Source: Infirmifilum sp.
GTDB taxonomy: Archaea; Thermoproteota; Thermoprotei; Thermofilales; Thermofilaceae
NCBI GenBank assembly: GCA_041287245.1
Contig: JBEULP010000062.1
Span: 15,634-79,633 of the forward strand
Direction of reading: 5' to 3'
Length of the DNA stretch: 64,000 nucleotides
The number at the start of each line of letters is the position of its first letter. Positions within the stretch are counted from its first letter, which is position 1. The position numbers were made by a program, and so were the translations under genes. A model generated the notes under the pieces. It had not been told where the DNA came from. It did no database searches and saw only the letters and a program-made list of their open reading frames with translations. This document shows positions 17,500 through 27,653 of the stretch, one piece after another.

Positions 17500-18219
17500 C
17501 TACCTGGTACAAGCCGGGATCTCGTAGTTGAGCCCTGCAGCCTCCTTTACCTCCAAGGGCACGCTGCCCTCCCCCCTCCAAAGGATTTTACCATCTACAA
17601 GTACGTATAACCGGCTCGCCATCCTTTCAGCTAGGTTGCTATCCTGAGTCGCCACGAGAACCCCCTTACCCTGCGATTTCAGCGTGCAGACAAGGCCTAG
17701 GAGTGCGGCCAGGGACTTCGAGTCGAGGTTCGCCGTGGGCTCGTCGAGGAGTAGATACTGGGGGTCGTAGACGAGAACAGACGCTAGAGCTACCCGCCGC
17801 TTCTCCCCGAAGCTTAAAGCGTAGACAGGCCGCTTTAGCAGGTGGTTGATGCTGAGCAGGGTGGCTACTTCCTCCAAACGTTCACGCTTCTCGCCTTCCC
17901 CCAGGTCAAGCTGGTTAAGCGTGAAGAGCAGCTCGTCCTCGACGGTGGGGTTGAACAGCTGATCGTCAGGGTCCTGAAAAACCACCCCTATCCTTCTCCT
18001 GGCCCAGGGCAGTTGACTCTGTAGCTCCACGCCGTCCAAAAACACCCTGCCACGCTGGGGCTTCAAGAGCCCGGCCAGCGCGAGTATTAAGGTTGACTTC
18101 CCGCTACCGTTTGGCCCTAGCAGCACCGCAATCTCTCCAGGCCTCACCTCGAAATCTACACCTTTTAAAACCTCGCCAGTACCGGGCAGTGATACCCACA
18201 GGTCCACGCATGAAAGCAT
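17500..18219 (-). CDS. cbiO: ECF Co/Ni transporter ATPase
   Basis: GPNGSGKST, FQDPDDQLF, LSFGEKRRV, LDEPT. Confidence 0.88.
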   Translation of the reverse strand: MLSCVDLWVSLPGTGEVLKGVDFEVRPGEIAVLLGPNGSGKSTLILALAGLLKPQRGRVFLDGVELQSQLPWARRRIGVVFQDPDDQLFNPTVEDELLFTLNQLDLGEGEKRERLEEVATLLSINHLLKRPVYALSFGEKRRVALASVLVYDPQYLLLDEPTANLDSKSLAALLGLVCTLKSQGKGVLVATQDSNLAERMASRLYVLVDGKILWRGEGSVPLEVKEAAGLNYEIPACTR

Positions 18220-18222
18220 AGC

Positions 18223-18957
18223 CTACACCAGGCAGAGAGCAGCTATAAGGATTGTCACCGCTGCAAACCCAAGGTCGCTAAGCCGTATGCTCCCGAATCT
18301 AACCTCACCACGCTGGCCCCCAAATGACCTCGCGTTGAAGGCTAACCTGGAAGTGTAAGCTTTGCTGAACCCCCCTGCTATGAGATCCCCGGCGACGCTA
18401 AGGTGCATCTTCCATGCCAGCTTCCTTTCGATTTTGGTGGTGAAAATCCTAGCTTCCCGAGCCATCAGCATTCTAGCAGCTCTTAGCGCGAAAAGCGGGA
18501 TGAATCTTAAGGTGAAAGCTATTTCGTTCTCAAAGCCTCCCAGCATCTTGAGCCTCCTCAACCCTTTGAGTAGACCAAGCCACCCCATATAGCTGTAGAA
18601 GCCCGTGAACACCGAGGATGCGACCGTGACCCGAGCAATGAAAAGGGTAGGGCTCACCGCTGCCGAACTAGGGATCAGCTGTAAAATGTAGGGGATGGAT
18701 ACAACGAGGGAGAAGAACATGGCCACCAGCGTCACAACAAGCCACTCCCTCGCTTTGCCAGCCATCGCCGCGAGAACCCCTCCGAGGGCGGCCGATGCGA
18801 GCAACCCTGGAATTCGCGTAGCGAAGGAGGCTGCGACTGTTAGCGAAACCCCCACAAGCAAGAGCACTCTCTCGTCCACCCTGGCCCGCGATCCCGCAGA
18901 AACACCGTCTGTCAGGCTGGCGATAATGTAGAAAAAACGGTAGGTTTCGCTCAACAA
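18223..18957 (-). CDS. cbiQ: ECF transporter T component (CbiQ-like)
   Basis: Hydrophobic; LRFIP, AREAR and ARSF motifs; operon position; probable TTG start near 18957. Confidence 0.75.
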   Translation of the reverse strand: MLSETYRFFYIIASLTDGVSAGSRARVDERVLLLVGVSLTVAASFATRIPGLLASAALGGVLAAMAGKAREWLVVTLVAMFFSLVVSIPYILQLIPSSAAVSPTLFIARVTVASSVFTGFYSYMGWLGLLKGLRRLKMLGGFENEIAFTLRFIPLFALRAARMLMAREARIFTTKIERKLAWKMHLSVAGDLIAGGFSKAYTSRLAFNARSFGGQRGEVRFGSIRLSDLGFAAVTILIAALCLV

Positions 18958-18959
18958 AT

Positions 18960-19268
18960 CTACCTCAAAACTTTGAGGAGGAGGAATGCGAGGACAATGA
19001 CCACTGCTGCGCCGATCACACCTGAGACGATATAGCCCAGCCAATCTGGAAGCCCCGGAACCGTGTAGTCGAGGAAAGGCGTCCAGTTTATCTCCTCTGT
19101 TGTTTCCTTCAGGCCCAGAACCTGCGCAGCGATATCTAGGGGCTCATGGTACCCGACTATGCTTGCCAAGTACACGCCGAACAAGGGGCTGATAATTATT
19201 AGTAGACCTATAAGGGCGAAGGCGGTTCTATGTTTGGAAACATACTCCTTCAAGCTCATCCCGCTCAC
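18960..19268 (-). CDS. PDGLE/CbiN-like auxiliary membrane subunit
   Basis: Two TM segments, EPLD, PFLDYTVPGL; lies between cbiM and cbiQ. Confidence 0.75.
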   Translation of the reverse strand: MSGMSLKEYVSKHRTAFALIGLLIIISPLFGVYLASIVGYHEPLDIAAQVLGLKETTEEINWTPFLDYTVPGLPDWLGYIVSGVIGAAVVIVLAFLLLKVLR

Positions 19269-19879
19269 CCTTTAACAAGCCCCGGGTGTTTCGCTTTAAG
19301 GTAGGCGTACACGCCCGCGGTGATAAGGCCCTCCACAACCCCCAGCAGGGCGTGCCATCCTCCCATTACGGGAACCGTCACGGACAGGCCGTAGATGAAG
19401 CTACTGGAGAGCCCGAGCTCCAATCCGCAGACGATGCCGGCAAGGGTTATGCTGAGCCAGCCGGCTACAAAGCTTCCAAGAACCTTGTGCCTCTCGGGGA
19501 AGAGCTTGTAGATAAAATATCCTGTGAAAACGGCAACTACACCCATATTCAGTATATTAGCACCAAGCGTTGTTATCCCCCCGTCGTGAAACACGAGGGC
19601 CTGTGTTAATAGCACAAGAACCATGGACAGATATGCCAGCCAGGGCCCCATTAGAATAGAAGCCAGGGCACCGCCTACGAGGTGGAGCGATGTCCCACCA
19701 GGTATAGGCCAGTTCAGCATCTGGGCCACGAAGATTGCCGCCGCCATCACGGGGAGGAGTGTCTTAGCCTCCTCAGGGGAGCCTTTTGCCTTTTTAGCCG
19801 CATAAAAGCCGACTACGAGGGAAATTAGGTAGGTGACCGCGCAAGTTATAGGGTCTAGGTATCCGTCTGGTATGTGCAT
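19265..19879 (-). CDS. cbiM: ECF Co/Ni S component CbiM/NikM
   Basis: N-terminal MHIPDG (ATG 19879), GGTSLHLVGG, HDGGITTLGAN. Confidence 0.9.
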   Translation of the reverse strand: MHIPDGYLDPITCAVTYLISLVVGFYAAKKAKGSPEEAKTLLPVMAAAIFVAQMLNWPIPGGTSLHLVGGALASILMGPWLAYLSMVLVLLTQALVFHDGGITTLGANILNMGVVAVFTGYFIYKLFPERHKVLGSFVAGWLSITLAGIVCGLELGLSSSFIYGLSVTVPVMGGWHALLGVVEGLITAGVYAYLKAKHPGLVKG

Positions 19880-20009
19880 GCCTATCAGTATTAGATTTTC
19901 GGAAACCAAAGATAAATATTTTATTATGTTAGTACCTTATTATAATATTGTATTACGCATTCCTAAGTAATGGAAGAGCATATAAAGGCTTCAAGGAATA
20001 GCACCTTGT

Positions 20010-20906
20010 ATGAGCAGCCTTAAGCAGTGGTTTATTGCGACACGCCCATGGTCGTTCGTAATGACTGCGATGTCGATAACTGCCGCTGCAGCATACACCT
20101 TCTACCTTACTCAAGGGATAAACATTCCATTCTATGTTGCCACACTCCTAGGCGTGACACTCTTACACGCCTCCGCTAACGTCCTTAACGACTACTACGA
20201 CACGATAAGGAAGGTAGACGTTCCGGGAGCGCCTACAACCCAGTACAGGCCTCATCCAATACTGACAGGCTTTGCGACACCCGAGAAAGTCAGGAACTTC
20301 GGGCTACTCCTGCTAGCTTCAGGGCTCTTATTCGCGGGAATCCTATCAGTGTACAGAACCCTTCTAGTAATCATCTTAGCATTATCAGGCGTTTTCTTCG
20401 TTATCAGCTACTCGGGGGTGCTGGGGCTCAAATACAAGGCCCTAGGGGAGGTCGCCGTATTCCTCAGCTGGGGCCCCCTGATGTGGCTTGGAACCTTCTA
20501 CGTCCTCACCGGGCACCTGGACCCAGCCCCCGTCCTCGCAAGTACTCCCATCGGGCTCCTCGTAGCAGCTGTGCTCACCGCAAACAACCTCCGAGACATA
20601 GAGTTCGACAAGAGTCACGGGGCCGTTACTCTGGAAGTGCTTCTCGGACTCGAGAGGGGACGCCTATTCTACGCGTACTTCGAAGTCTTCCTCGCGTACG
20701 TCGTGCTCCTTATTCTTGCCATAGCCGGCGTGGTTCCGCTCCTTGCCTTGCTCGCCCTTCTCAGCCTCCCGAGGGCTATAAAGCTTGTAAGGATGTTTGA
20801 GAAGGAGATACCGGCGGATGCCGACCCTCGCACCGCTATGCTCGTGCAGGACTTCGGATTACTTTATATTGCTGGGATAATCTTAGGAGCAGTCCTTAAG
20901 ATCTAA
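20010..20906 (+). CDS. menA: UbiA-family prenyltransferase, MenA-like
   Basis: ATRPWS, NVLNDYYD, KYKALGE, ANNLRDIEFD. Confidence 0.75.
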   Translation: MSSLKQWFIATRPWSFVMTAMSITAAAAYTFYLTQGINIPFYVATLLGVTLLHASANVLNDYYDTIRKVDVPGAPTTQYRPHPILTGFATPEKVRNFGLLLLASGLLFAGILSVYRTLLVIILALSGVFFVISYSGVLGLKYKALGEVAVFLSWGPLMWLGTFYVLTGHLDPAPVLASTPIGLLVAAVLTANNLRDIEFDKSHGAVTLEVLLGLERGRLFYAYFEVFLAYVVLLILAIAGVVPLLALLALLSLPRAIKLVRMFEKEIPADADPRTAMLVQDFGLLYIAGIILGAVLKI

Positions 20907-20923
20907 AAACTCTTGTTATTCTT

Positions 20924-21778
20924 TTATTTTAAAAGTAGAGCCAGGAAGACTATAGCCATAAACATGTTTACGACCTTGAAGGCCTTGTAGGACCACTTCC
21001 TATAGGAAGTATCTTTTAATCCTCTTATAAGGAAGTATACTGCTATGATCAGAGGTAAAGCCGAGAACGCAAGACCCCAGATGCTTAGTAGTCCTGTCAC
21101 AAACATCCCAGCAAGTATCGAGAATATTATGAGGGAAGCTGCCAGCGAGCCCAAAACTCCAGCCTTTTCCCCCTTAATGGCAGGCAACATGGGGACATTA
21201 GCCCTCCTGTAATCATCCACATAGTAAGTGGCTAGCGTCCAGATGTGAAGATTACTCCAGACCGCAACGAGCAGTAATAGTAGAACGCCCTGTACATCTA
21301 CGCTCCCGGTAGCTCCAGCCCAGCCTCCAAGAGCCGGCATCCCTCCTGCAAAGCCCCCGAAAACCGTGCTCCACGGGCTTCTTCGCTTAAGCAGATACGT
21401 GTAAAGAATAATGTCTATGAGGAATCCGAGCAGGCCAGCGGAGAAGACCCAGAGGTTAACTGAAAGGGCAAGTACCAGTCCACCAACCGTCGCGAGAAGA
21501 CTCAGAAGAGACCCTTCGAGCTTGTTGAGTTTTCCAGAGGGTATGGGTCTCCGGGAGGTTCTAAACATCAAAGCGTCTATGTCGGCGTCGAGAACCATGT
21601 TAATGCCTGTCGTCCCCATAATTGTCAAGAGCATGGACATGCTAGTTAGAGCTAGCTTGGGTAAGTCTGGTCTTAGGTTAGAGCCGGCTATGAAGGCAAA
21701 AACCCCGGTCCACAGTAGCAATAGGCTCTGCTTCAGCTTAAAGAAGTCAACCAGTATCTCCTTAAAGTTCGCCTTCAT
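20924..21778 (-). CDS. cyoE: protoheme IX prenyltransferase (heme O synthase)
   Basis: DADIDALMFRTSRRPIPSG, YTYLLKRR, GGMPALGGW, DDYRRANVPMLP. Confidence 0.88.
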   Translation of the reverse strand: MKANFKEILVDFFKLKQSLLLLWTGVFAFIAGSNLRPDLPKLALTSMSMLLTIMGTTGINMVLDADIDALMFRTSRRPIPSGKLNKLEGSLLSLLATVGGLVLALSVNLWVFSAGLLGFLIDIILYTYLLKRRSPWSTVFGGFAGGMPALGGWAGATGSVDVQGVLLLLLVAVWSNLHIWTLATYYVDDYRRANVPMLPAIKGEKAGVLGSLAASLIIFSILAGMFVTGLLSIWGLAFSALPLIIAVYFLIRGLKDTSYRKWSYKAFKVVNMFMAIVFLALLLK

Positions 21779-21832
21779 CGCTTCTCACGCTGTAAAGCGA
21801 GATAAAAACCATTATGTAAGCATAAAGACAGT

Positions 21833-22495
21833 TTAGGGCCTTACGATCGACGAGGGGACTCCCACTTTAATTATTCTATATTCTAAGGAGCAATACCCTT
21901 CGTCGCCCTTGAACACTACGAGAAGGCTTGTGGGATAGCCGTCTCCCGTCACCGCGACTTCCCCAGACCATATTCTAGGCGTCTTAAAGTTTGAGCTTAT
22001 GATACCGGTAGCCTCACTGAAAACATTCTGGCATTCTACGGTACAGGTACCGTTGAAGAGGATGGTTGCTAGACTTCTCTCTTGTTTAATATAGAACTCC
22101 CTCGCCTTGCCCGCGGCCTCCAAGACCTTGCCCAGCAGCGTGTCTTGTGGCTTCCAACCCGAGCCACTTATAATCCATCCCCCCTCCACGTTAACCATTG
22201 AAAGGGATTTGTTTGAGTAGAAAAGGTATATTCTCGGCGCTGCCCCTCGAGGAACAACTGTTATAATGGTCGACAGCTCGTTGGTGACTATACTCACGTT
22301 GCCTGCGATTAGGGCATACCCGTCGCTACAGTTTATCTTCTCCATGAAACTCCATCCAGGCGAGTTTAAAACTTTCTCACGCGCATCTGCTAACAGGCTT
22401 TGAGGGGTTCTTCTCGTCAGGCTCGCTCCAAGGAGTATAATGGCTATTACGAGTAGTATTGGGACTGCGATGAGAAGCACATGTTTACGCTCCAT
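21833..22495 (-). CDS. hypothetical membrane-anchored exported protein
   Basis: N-terminal TM segment then beta-rich domain. Confidence 0.65.
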   Translation of the reverse strand: MERKHVLLIAVPILLVIAIILLGASLTRRTPQSLLADAREKVLNSPGWSFMEKINCSDGYALIAGNVSIVTNELSTIITVVPRGAAPRIYLFYSNKSLSMVNVEGGWIISGSGWKPQDTLLGKVLEAAGKAREFYIKQERSLATILFNGTCTVECQNVFSEATGIISSNFKTPRIWSGEVAVTGDGYPTSLLVVFKGDEGYCSLEYRIIKVGVPSSIVRP

Positions 22496-22545
22496 GTGGC
22501 TATACGCCGTTTAAACCATAAATAAAATTTAAGCTTAAGTATCTG

Positions 22546-23826
22546 TTGAAGAGTAGGCTGACTATGTTGCGTAAAGCAAGGGATACTGTCTCCTCCCTGC
22601 GAAAACTGCCTAAAAACATTAAAGTTTTAGCTGTAGGGTGGCTATTTTGGAGCCCTGTCCAGGCGATGGCAGGGCCATACCTACAGCTCTACGTAAGTAG
22701 GTTAGGTGCTACCCCGGAGGAATTATCGCTTGTGCAGTCAATACAACAATACGCAAACGCCGCTGCTAGGGTTATAGGAGGCTATATCTCCGACAGGCAC
22801 GGTAGGAAGAAGATAATATGGATCGGGACGCTGCTCGTATCACTCGCATACCTGATAATGGTTTTCGCTTCTGATTGGAGAACCTATGCATTGGCTTCCG
22901 GGCTTAACAGTTTATTCCTATTCTACCAGCCCGCGCTCGAGGGAATACAGGCCGACTCTGTGGCGCTGGAGGCCAGGGGGAGAATATACTCTTTCGTCAG
23001 CTTTATGAGCGGGCTAGCCTCCTCCGTCGCACCTCTCGGCGGCGCTACCGTTGTAAACGCACTCGGGCTTATAGAAGGTGTGAGGCTGAGCTTCCTCTTA
23101 AGCGCTGTTATAGGTTTTTTCATAGCTTGGATACGGATGAAATACATGGAAGAGACGCTCACACCTGACGAAAACGGGGAAGGTTTTGTTGAGGCTTACA
23201 AGAAGACGCTCGTTATATTGAAAGGAAGTATAGCCGTTTTAATGATGGTGGATATCGCCACTAATTTTATCGGTGGGATTGCATTCCTAGGCGGCTATTA
23301 CCAGTACTACTATCTTGGAGTCGATAAAACCGGGCTGGGGGTGCTAGCCACGATAGGAGGCGTTATAAGCCTCATCCTAACTTTGCCTGCAGGCTACATA
23401 GCTGATAAAAAGGGCAGAGGTTTCTCGATATTCTGGGGCTTCACCCTGGGCACGGTGAGCCTCTTATTATTCGTCCTCACCCCACCCCGCTCATACATAA
23501 CCTTCCCACTCCTAGTAGCTTCAACCGTTTTCGGCTCAATCGGCGGGCCTCTCTACGGAATCGCCTACTCGACGCTTCGTGCAGATCTAGTCCCTAAGGA
23601 GCAGCGAGGAAGGGTCTACGCCGTCCTCGGAATACCTCCGACAATAGCTTGGAGCGTGGGGGCGGGCCTGGGAGGGTGGATGTATAGTAGCCTGGGCCCA
23701 CAGGCACCATTCACGGCAAGCCTACTGTTAAGGCTACTTTTGACCCCGCTCTTACTTTACTTCTTCTGGACAATAACAAAGCAGGTTGACGCGAAGCTCA
23801 GAGATAACGAAGCGAAGGCTCAATAA
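22546..23826 (+). CDS. MFS transporter
   Basis: GYISDRHGRK and GYIADKKGR loops; about 12 TM segments. Confidence 0.88.
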   Translation: MKSRLTMLRKARDTVSSLRKLPKNIKVLAVGWLFWSPVQAMAGPYLQLYVSRLGATPEELSLVQSIQQYANAAARVIGGYISDRHGRKKIIWIGTLLVSLAYLIMVFASDWRTYALASGLNSLFLFYQPALEGIQADSVALEARGRIYSFVSFMSGLASSVAPLGGATVVNALGLIEGVRLSFLLSAVIGFFIAWIRMKYMEETLTPDENGEGFVEAYKKTLVILKGSIAVLMMVDIATNFIGGIAFLGGYYQYYYLGVDKTGLGVLATIGGVISLILTLPAGYIADKKGRGFSIFWGFTLGTVSLLLFVLTPPRSYITFPLLVASTVFGSIGGPLYGIAYSTLRADLVPKEQRGRVYAVLGIPPTIAWSVGAGLGGWMYSSLGPQAPFTASLLLRLLLTPLLLYFFWTITKQVDAKLRDNEAKAQ

Positions 23827-24595
23827 CAGGGGGGGTCCGGCGTTTATGTTCACTAGCCGCATGCATCTCCAGTATACGCTTAACAACACCCTCACTTACT
23901 CCAGTCAACTTGCTGACCTCTGCCGGCTCAGCCTTCACGTCGAAGAGCCAGTATAACACCTCGTCTATAACCTCGTAAGATAGCCCCAGCTCCTTCTCAG
24001 CCTCATGTCCGGGCCAGAGCCTAGGGCTGCTGGGCTTTAAAGCTATTCTCTCAGGCAATCCTAGGTGCAGGGCTAGCTGGCGTACATAAGTTTTGTAAAG
24101 TCCCCCTATAGGCAAGAGGTCCACGCCGCCGTCCCCGTATTTTGTAAAGTAGCCTATGAGCAGCTCGCTCCTGTCGCCGGAACCCACGACTAGGCTCCCA
24201 TATTTATAGGCTCGTTGATGGAGGATGGACATCCTTACCCTTGCAGCTAGGTTCCCCCTCTCTATGGCGGACATAGAGCCTAATGCCCTGTCGAAACAGC
24301 TCAGGATGGGCTCGATCTCTATAAGCTCTACGTTCTCATGGGGAATGCCAGCCTTGTCCACCACCGTCCATGCGTCCTCTACGTCCTCCTTGGGGGTTGA
24401 CGCGCTTGGGAGGATAAGGGCATGTACGTTTCTGCTCCCTAGAGCCTCAGCTGCTAAAAGTGTTGTGACGGCACTGTCGACGCCGCCGCTCACGCCTATG
24501 ACTCCGCCTCTCTTGCCGGCTTCCTCAAAGACATATTTCCTAAGCCTACTGGTGATCGACCTTCTCGCTAGCTCAAGGTCTATCTTCGGCAACAT
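23798..24595 (-). CDS. nadE: NH3-dependent NAD+ synthetase
   Basis: GVSGGVDS, GNLAARVRM, GYFTKYGDG, KPSSPRLW, SEHKR; likely ATG 24595. Confidence 0.93.
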   Translation of the reverse strand: MLPKIDLELARRSITSRLRKYVFEEAGKRGGVIGVSGGVDSAVTTLLAAEALGSRNVHALILPSASTPKEDVEDAWTVVDKAGIPHENVELIEIEPILSCFDRALGSMSAIERGNLAARVRMSILHQRAYKYGSLVVGSGDRSELLIGYFTKYGDGGVDLLPIGGLYKTYVRQLALHLGLPERIALKPSSPRLWPGHEAEKELGLSYEVIDEVLYWLFDVKAEPAEVSKLTGVSEGVVKRILEMHAASEHKRRTPPVIEPSLRYL

Positions 24596-24637
24596 GTGCT
24601 TCGAAAACCCTTTTAATCTACTCAATATTAAAGCCTA

Positions 24638-24925
24638 TTGGGATCCATGCTTGTAAATAAATCAAAGCTCCTCTCGTTTACCAACCGTAGTGGACTCTAC
24701 GTCGTCAAGGAGAGTGGAGATAGGCTAACCCTCACGTTTTCTTCGGTTGTATTGGAGGAGGTGCTGGGGGAGTATTCCGAGATAACAATTTCGGGGCGGG
24801 TCCTCGGGGAAAACGTGGACATAGATAAGGTAGTAGTGCGGCGGGCTGGTACGAGCGAAGAGGTCGATCCAAGGGTCATTGAAGGATGGCTCAGATACAT
24901 AGAGCAGACAGAAAAAACATACTAA
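24638..24925 (+). CDS. hypothetical protein
   Basis: Fills gap between nadE and apgM; protein-like composition. Confidence 0.6.
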   Translation: MGSMLVNKSKLLSFTNRSGLYVVKESGDRLTLTFSSVVLEEVLGEYSEITISGRVLGENVDIDKVVVRRAGTSEEVDPRVIEGWLRYIEQTEKTY

Positions 24926-24976
24926 CATTGCTTAAAACGTATTAGATATAACTTCCCCCAACTTATTTATCCCCGT

Positions 24977-26248
24977 ATGAAGCTGATATATCTTGTTCTC
25001 GACGGTGTGGCAGACAAGCCAGGTGACGGGAGGACATCTCTCGAAGCGGCGAACCACCCCTCGCTCGACCACATTGCTAGGAGGTCTAAAGCTGGACTTA
25101 TGTATACTATCGGTAGAGGTGTAGCCCCTGAGAGTGACGCCGCAGTAATATCCATCCTAGGATACAACCCTCACGACGAGTACACTGGGAGAGGCCCCTT
25201 AGAAGCTGTAGGAGCGGGTCTCTTCCTTCGGGAGGGATACGAGGTTGCCTTCAGGGCAAACTTCGCCACCATCGACCCCGAGTCCCGTAGGATTTTAGAC
25301 AGGAGGTGTGGGCGCAACCTGACAAGCGAGGAGGCACATGAGCTTGCCAAAGCACTGGACGGCATGAGCCTTGGAGCTTACGACGGGTATGCTAGGGTAG
25401 TCGCTACTATAGGGCACAGGGCAGTCGTGATAATTGGGAGTAAAACAAACAGGCTGAGCGACGCGGTTGACAACACAGACCCGGCCTACTCCAAGGAGGG
25501 CTACGTCTCTGTGGCAAAGCCCACGTTCGAGCCCTACATTCCAGGCGCGAGGCCGCTGGAAGACACCGAGGAGGCTAGGCGTACAGCAGAACTTGTAGAC
25601 AGGTTTACAAGTCTCTCAATCTCTATCCTCGAAAACCACCCTGTAAACAAGAAGCGGAGAGAGGAGGGTAAGCTACCCGCAAACGCCATCCTTTTACGGG
25701 ACTCGGGAGGCAGGCTTCCCAGGCTCAAGCCGATAAGGGAGAAGTTCGGGTTGAGTTTTGGAGCTGTAGCAGAAATGCCTGTGGAGATAGGCATAGCTAG
25801 GGTTCTAAAGATGGATGTGGAGCCTGTTCCCCCGCCTACAAACGACAAGAGGGGCGACTATAAGGTGAGACTAGAGGCGACGCTGAGGCTGCTCGAGCGG
25901 AGCGACGCTGTTTACGTGCACCTGAAGGGGCCCGACGAGCCTGGACACGACGGGAACTTCAAGGCTAAGGTTGAGAGCATCGAGATGATAGACGAGTACT
26001 ACGTTAAGCCTCTAATAGAGGCGATTAAGGACAGAGACGTGGCCGTCCTGGTAACAGCTGACCATGCCACGCCATATACCCGGAAGTCCCACACGGATGA
26101 CCCCGTACCCATAATCCTCTACCACCCGAGCCTACCCCCCGACAATATAACGAGGTTTACCGAGAAGGAGTGTGCAAAAGGGTCTCTTGGAGTGTTCGAA
26201 CATGGTTGGCTGATGCTTCCAGAGATCCTGAAACTGTTGAGGAAATAG
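24977..26248 (+). CDS. apgM: cofactor-independent phosphoglycerate mutase, archaeal type
   Basis: LDGVAD, APESD, GRGPLEA, FRANFAT, KGPDEPGHDG, TADHATP, HTDDPVP. Confidence 0.9.
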   Translation: MKLIYLVLDGVADKPGDGRTSLEAANHPSLDHIARRSKAGLMYTIGRGVAPESDAAVISILGYNPHDEYTGRGPLEAVGAGLFLREGYEVAFRANFATIDPESRRILDRRCGRNLTSEEAHELAKALDGMSLGAYDGYARVVATIGHRAVVIIGSKTNRLSDAVDNTDPAYSKEGYVSVAKPTFEPYIPGARPLEDTEEARRTAELVDRFTSLSISILENHPVNKKRREEGKLPANAILLRDSGGRLPRLKPIREKFGLSFGAVAEMPVEIGIARVLKMDVEPVPPPTNDKRGDYKVRLEATLRLLERSDAVYVHLKGPDEPGHDGNFKAKVESIEMIDEYYVKPLIEAIKDRDVAVLVTADHATPYTRKSHTDDPVPIILYHPSLPPDNITRFTEKECAKGSLGVFEHGWLMLPEILKLLRK

Positions 26249-26848
26249 CTAAAAGGGGATATTTACACTTCCTAGGCGCTTAATCACGAGGTACGTGTAG
26301 GGGAGCGAGCCTGCCAGGATAAATAAGGCCCCCGCAAGCTCCAAGATAGCTACGCTGGGCCACCCAACAGTGTAATGGATGAGCACACCAAGCGGGATGG
26401 CCGAGACTCCGAGGAAAAGTATAACCGAGCCCTCCAATACCTTTTTCTGGAGCAGGAGGCTCAGCCCCATGAAGGACATTCCCAGGTAGCTTTGAACGTA
26501 AAACCATGTTGAGACGAACGTGTGAGGTCTCGTCCCGCTGGGATAGACTCCTATGAGGATGAGAAATATTCCGGCTGTGAACAAAAGCCCCGTCGAGAAC
26601 GCCTCAAGCCTAGACTTGCTAGAAGCGAGGGCGGCTAGAGAGTACAAGGTGAAGAGCAGTCCTGAAGCTATCAGGGTATAGTTGAAAATCCAGGGGTTGT
26701 TAGCCCCGCTTCCGCCGAGGTCGCTGAACGCATTCCTGTACAAGCTCCACCACGGGTTGTGCTGAGCGGCTATTATAACTCCTATGGCGAAGACGGCGAA
26801 GGAGAGCGGTCCCGCAAGTATCAAATACCTACTCATTCTCTGCTTCAT
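26249..26848 (-). CDS. DUF998-like membrane protein
   Basis: NPWW...NAFSDLG, PWIFN, GVYP...PH. Confidence 0.75.
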   Translation of the reverse strand: MKQRMSRYLILAGPLSFAVFAIGVIIAAQHNPWWSLYRNAFSDLGGSGANNPWIFNYTLIASGLLFTLYSLAALASSKSRLEAFSTGLLFTAGIFLILIGVYPSGTRPHTFVSTWFYVQSYLGMSFMGLSLLLQKKVLEGSVILFLGVSAIPLGVLIHYTVGWPSVAILELAGALFILAGSLPYTYLVIKRLGSVNIPF

Positions 26849-26918
26849 AGTTATGATTAGATGCTGTTTAGCAAGTTAAACTTTACCTTGATAAACATAG
26901 CCCCCTTGAACGTTACTG

Positions 26919-27653
26919 ATGAAAACACTACCCAGGTCTCTGGCAACCTCACTGGTAGCGATAAACGCAACGCTCTACGCTGTGATAGGATACCTCACTT
27001 ATTTGGGAGTCTTTACTCCAGTCATAGGCACTGTAAGGTTCTGGCCAAGCGTGTTCGTACCAGCTGTCTTCTCCATAGCATTCTCACCCCTAATAGGAGG
27101 GCTCGGGGCGGCAATAGGGATATTCATAAGCGACATGCTCGTGCACGGAAACCCGTTGCTCAGCCTCTCGGTTGGCGTCCCTGCAAATTTCCTAGGTTTC
27201 TACGCGGTCGGCTTAACATATAAGCACGTAAGGAACACTAGGAGCGCACTCCTCTTAACACTTGTCGAGGTCGCGGCAACCAGCCTAGCCCTATACCTTG
27301 CCTATCAACACGCTCTCGTGGACCAGAACTTCTACTTCGCCGCGTCGATAGCCATTGTCTCAACACTAGGTCTCACGCTAGCCTTCATAGCCATATATAA
27401 GGGGGAGGCTTCAAGAATAATCTTCGCAGGCTCGACTGGACTCATACTTGGATCTGCGGTAATAGGCATAGGGGTCTGGCTTTATAGCCAGAGCTTCACA
27501 TTACCCTCAGGAGCCAAGGCCCTACCAGCCTGGGCCTCTCTCGTATGGTTCCTCTGGACATACCTTACAGAAGTACCATTCATAGCCCTCCTAGCTCCGC
27601 CCACAATCGCCCTCCTCAGGCGAACAGGACTCTCAAGAGAGGAGGAGAGATGA
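26919..27653 (+). CDS. ECF transporter S component (QueT/PanT-like)
   Basis: AINATLYA, VRFWP, GAAIGIFISD; multiple TM segments. Confidence 0.7.
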   Translation: MKTLPRSLATSLVAINATLYAVIGYLTYLGVFTPVIGTVRFWPSVFVPAVFSIAFSPLIGGLGAAIGIFISDMLVHGNPLLSLSVGVPANFLGFYAVGLTYKHVRNTRSALLLTLVEVAATSLALYLAYQHALVDQNFYFAASIAIVSTLGLTLAFIAIYKGEASRIIFAGSTGLILGSAVIGIGVWLYSQSFTLPSGAKALPAWASLVWFLWTYLTEVPFIALLAPPTIALLRRTGLSREEER

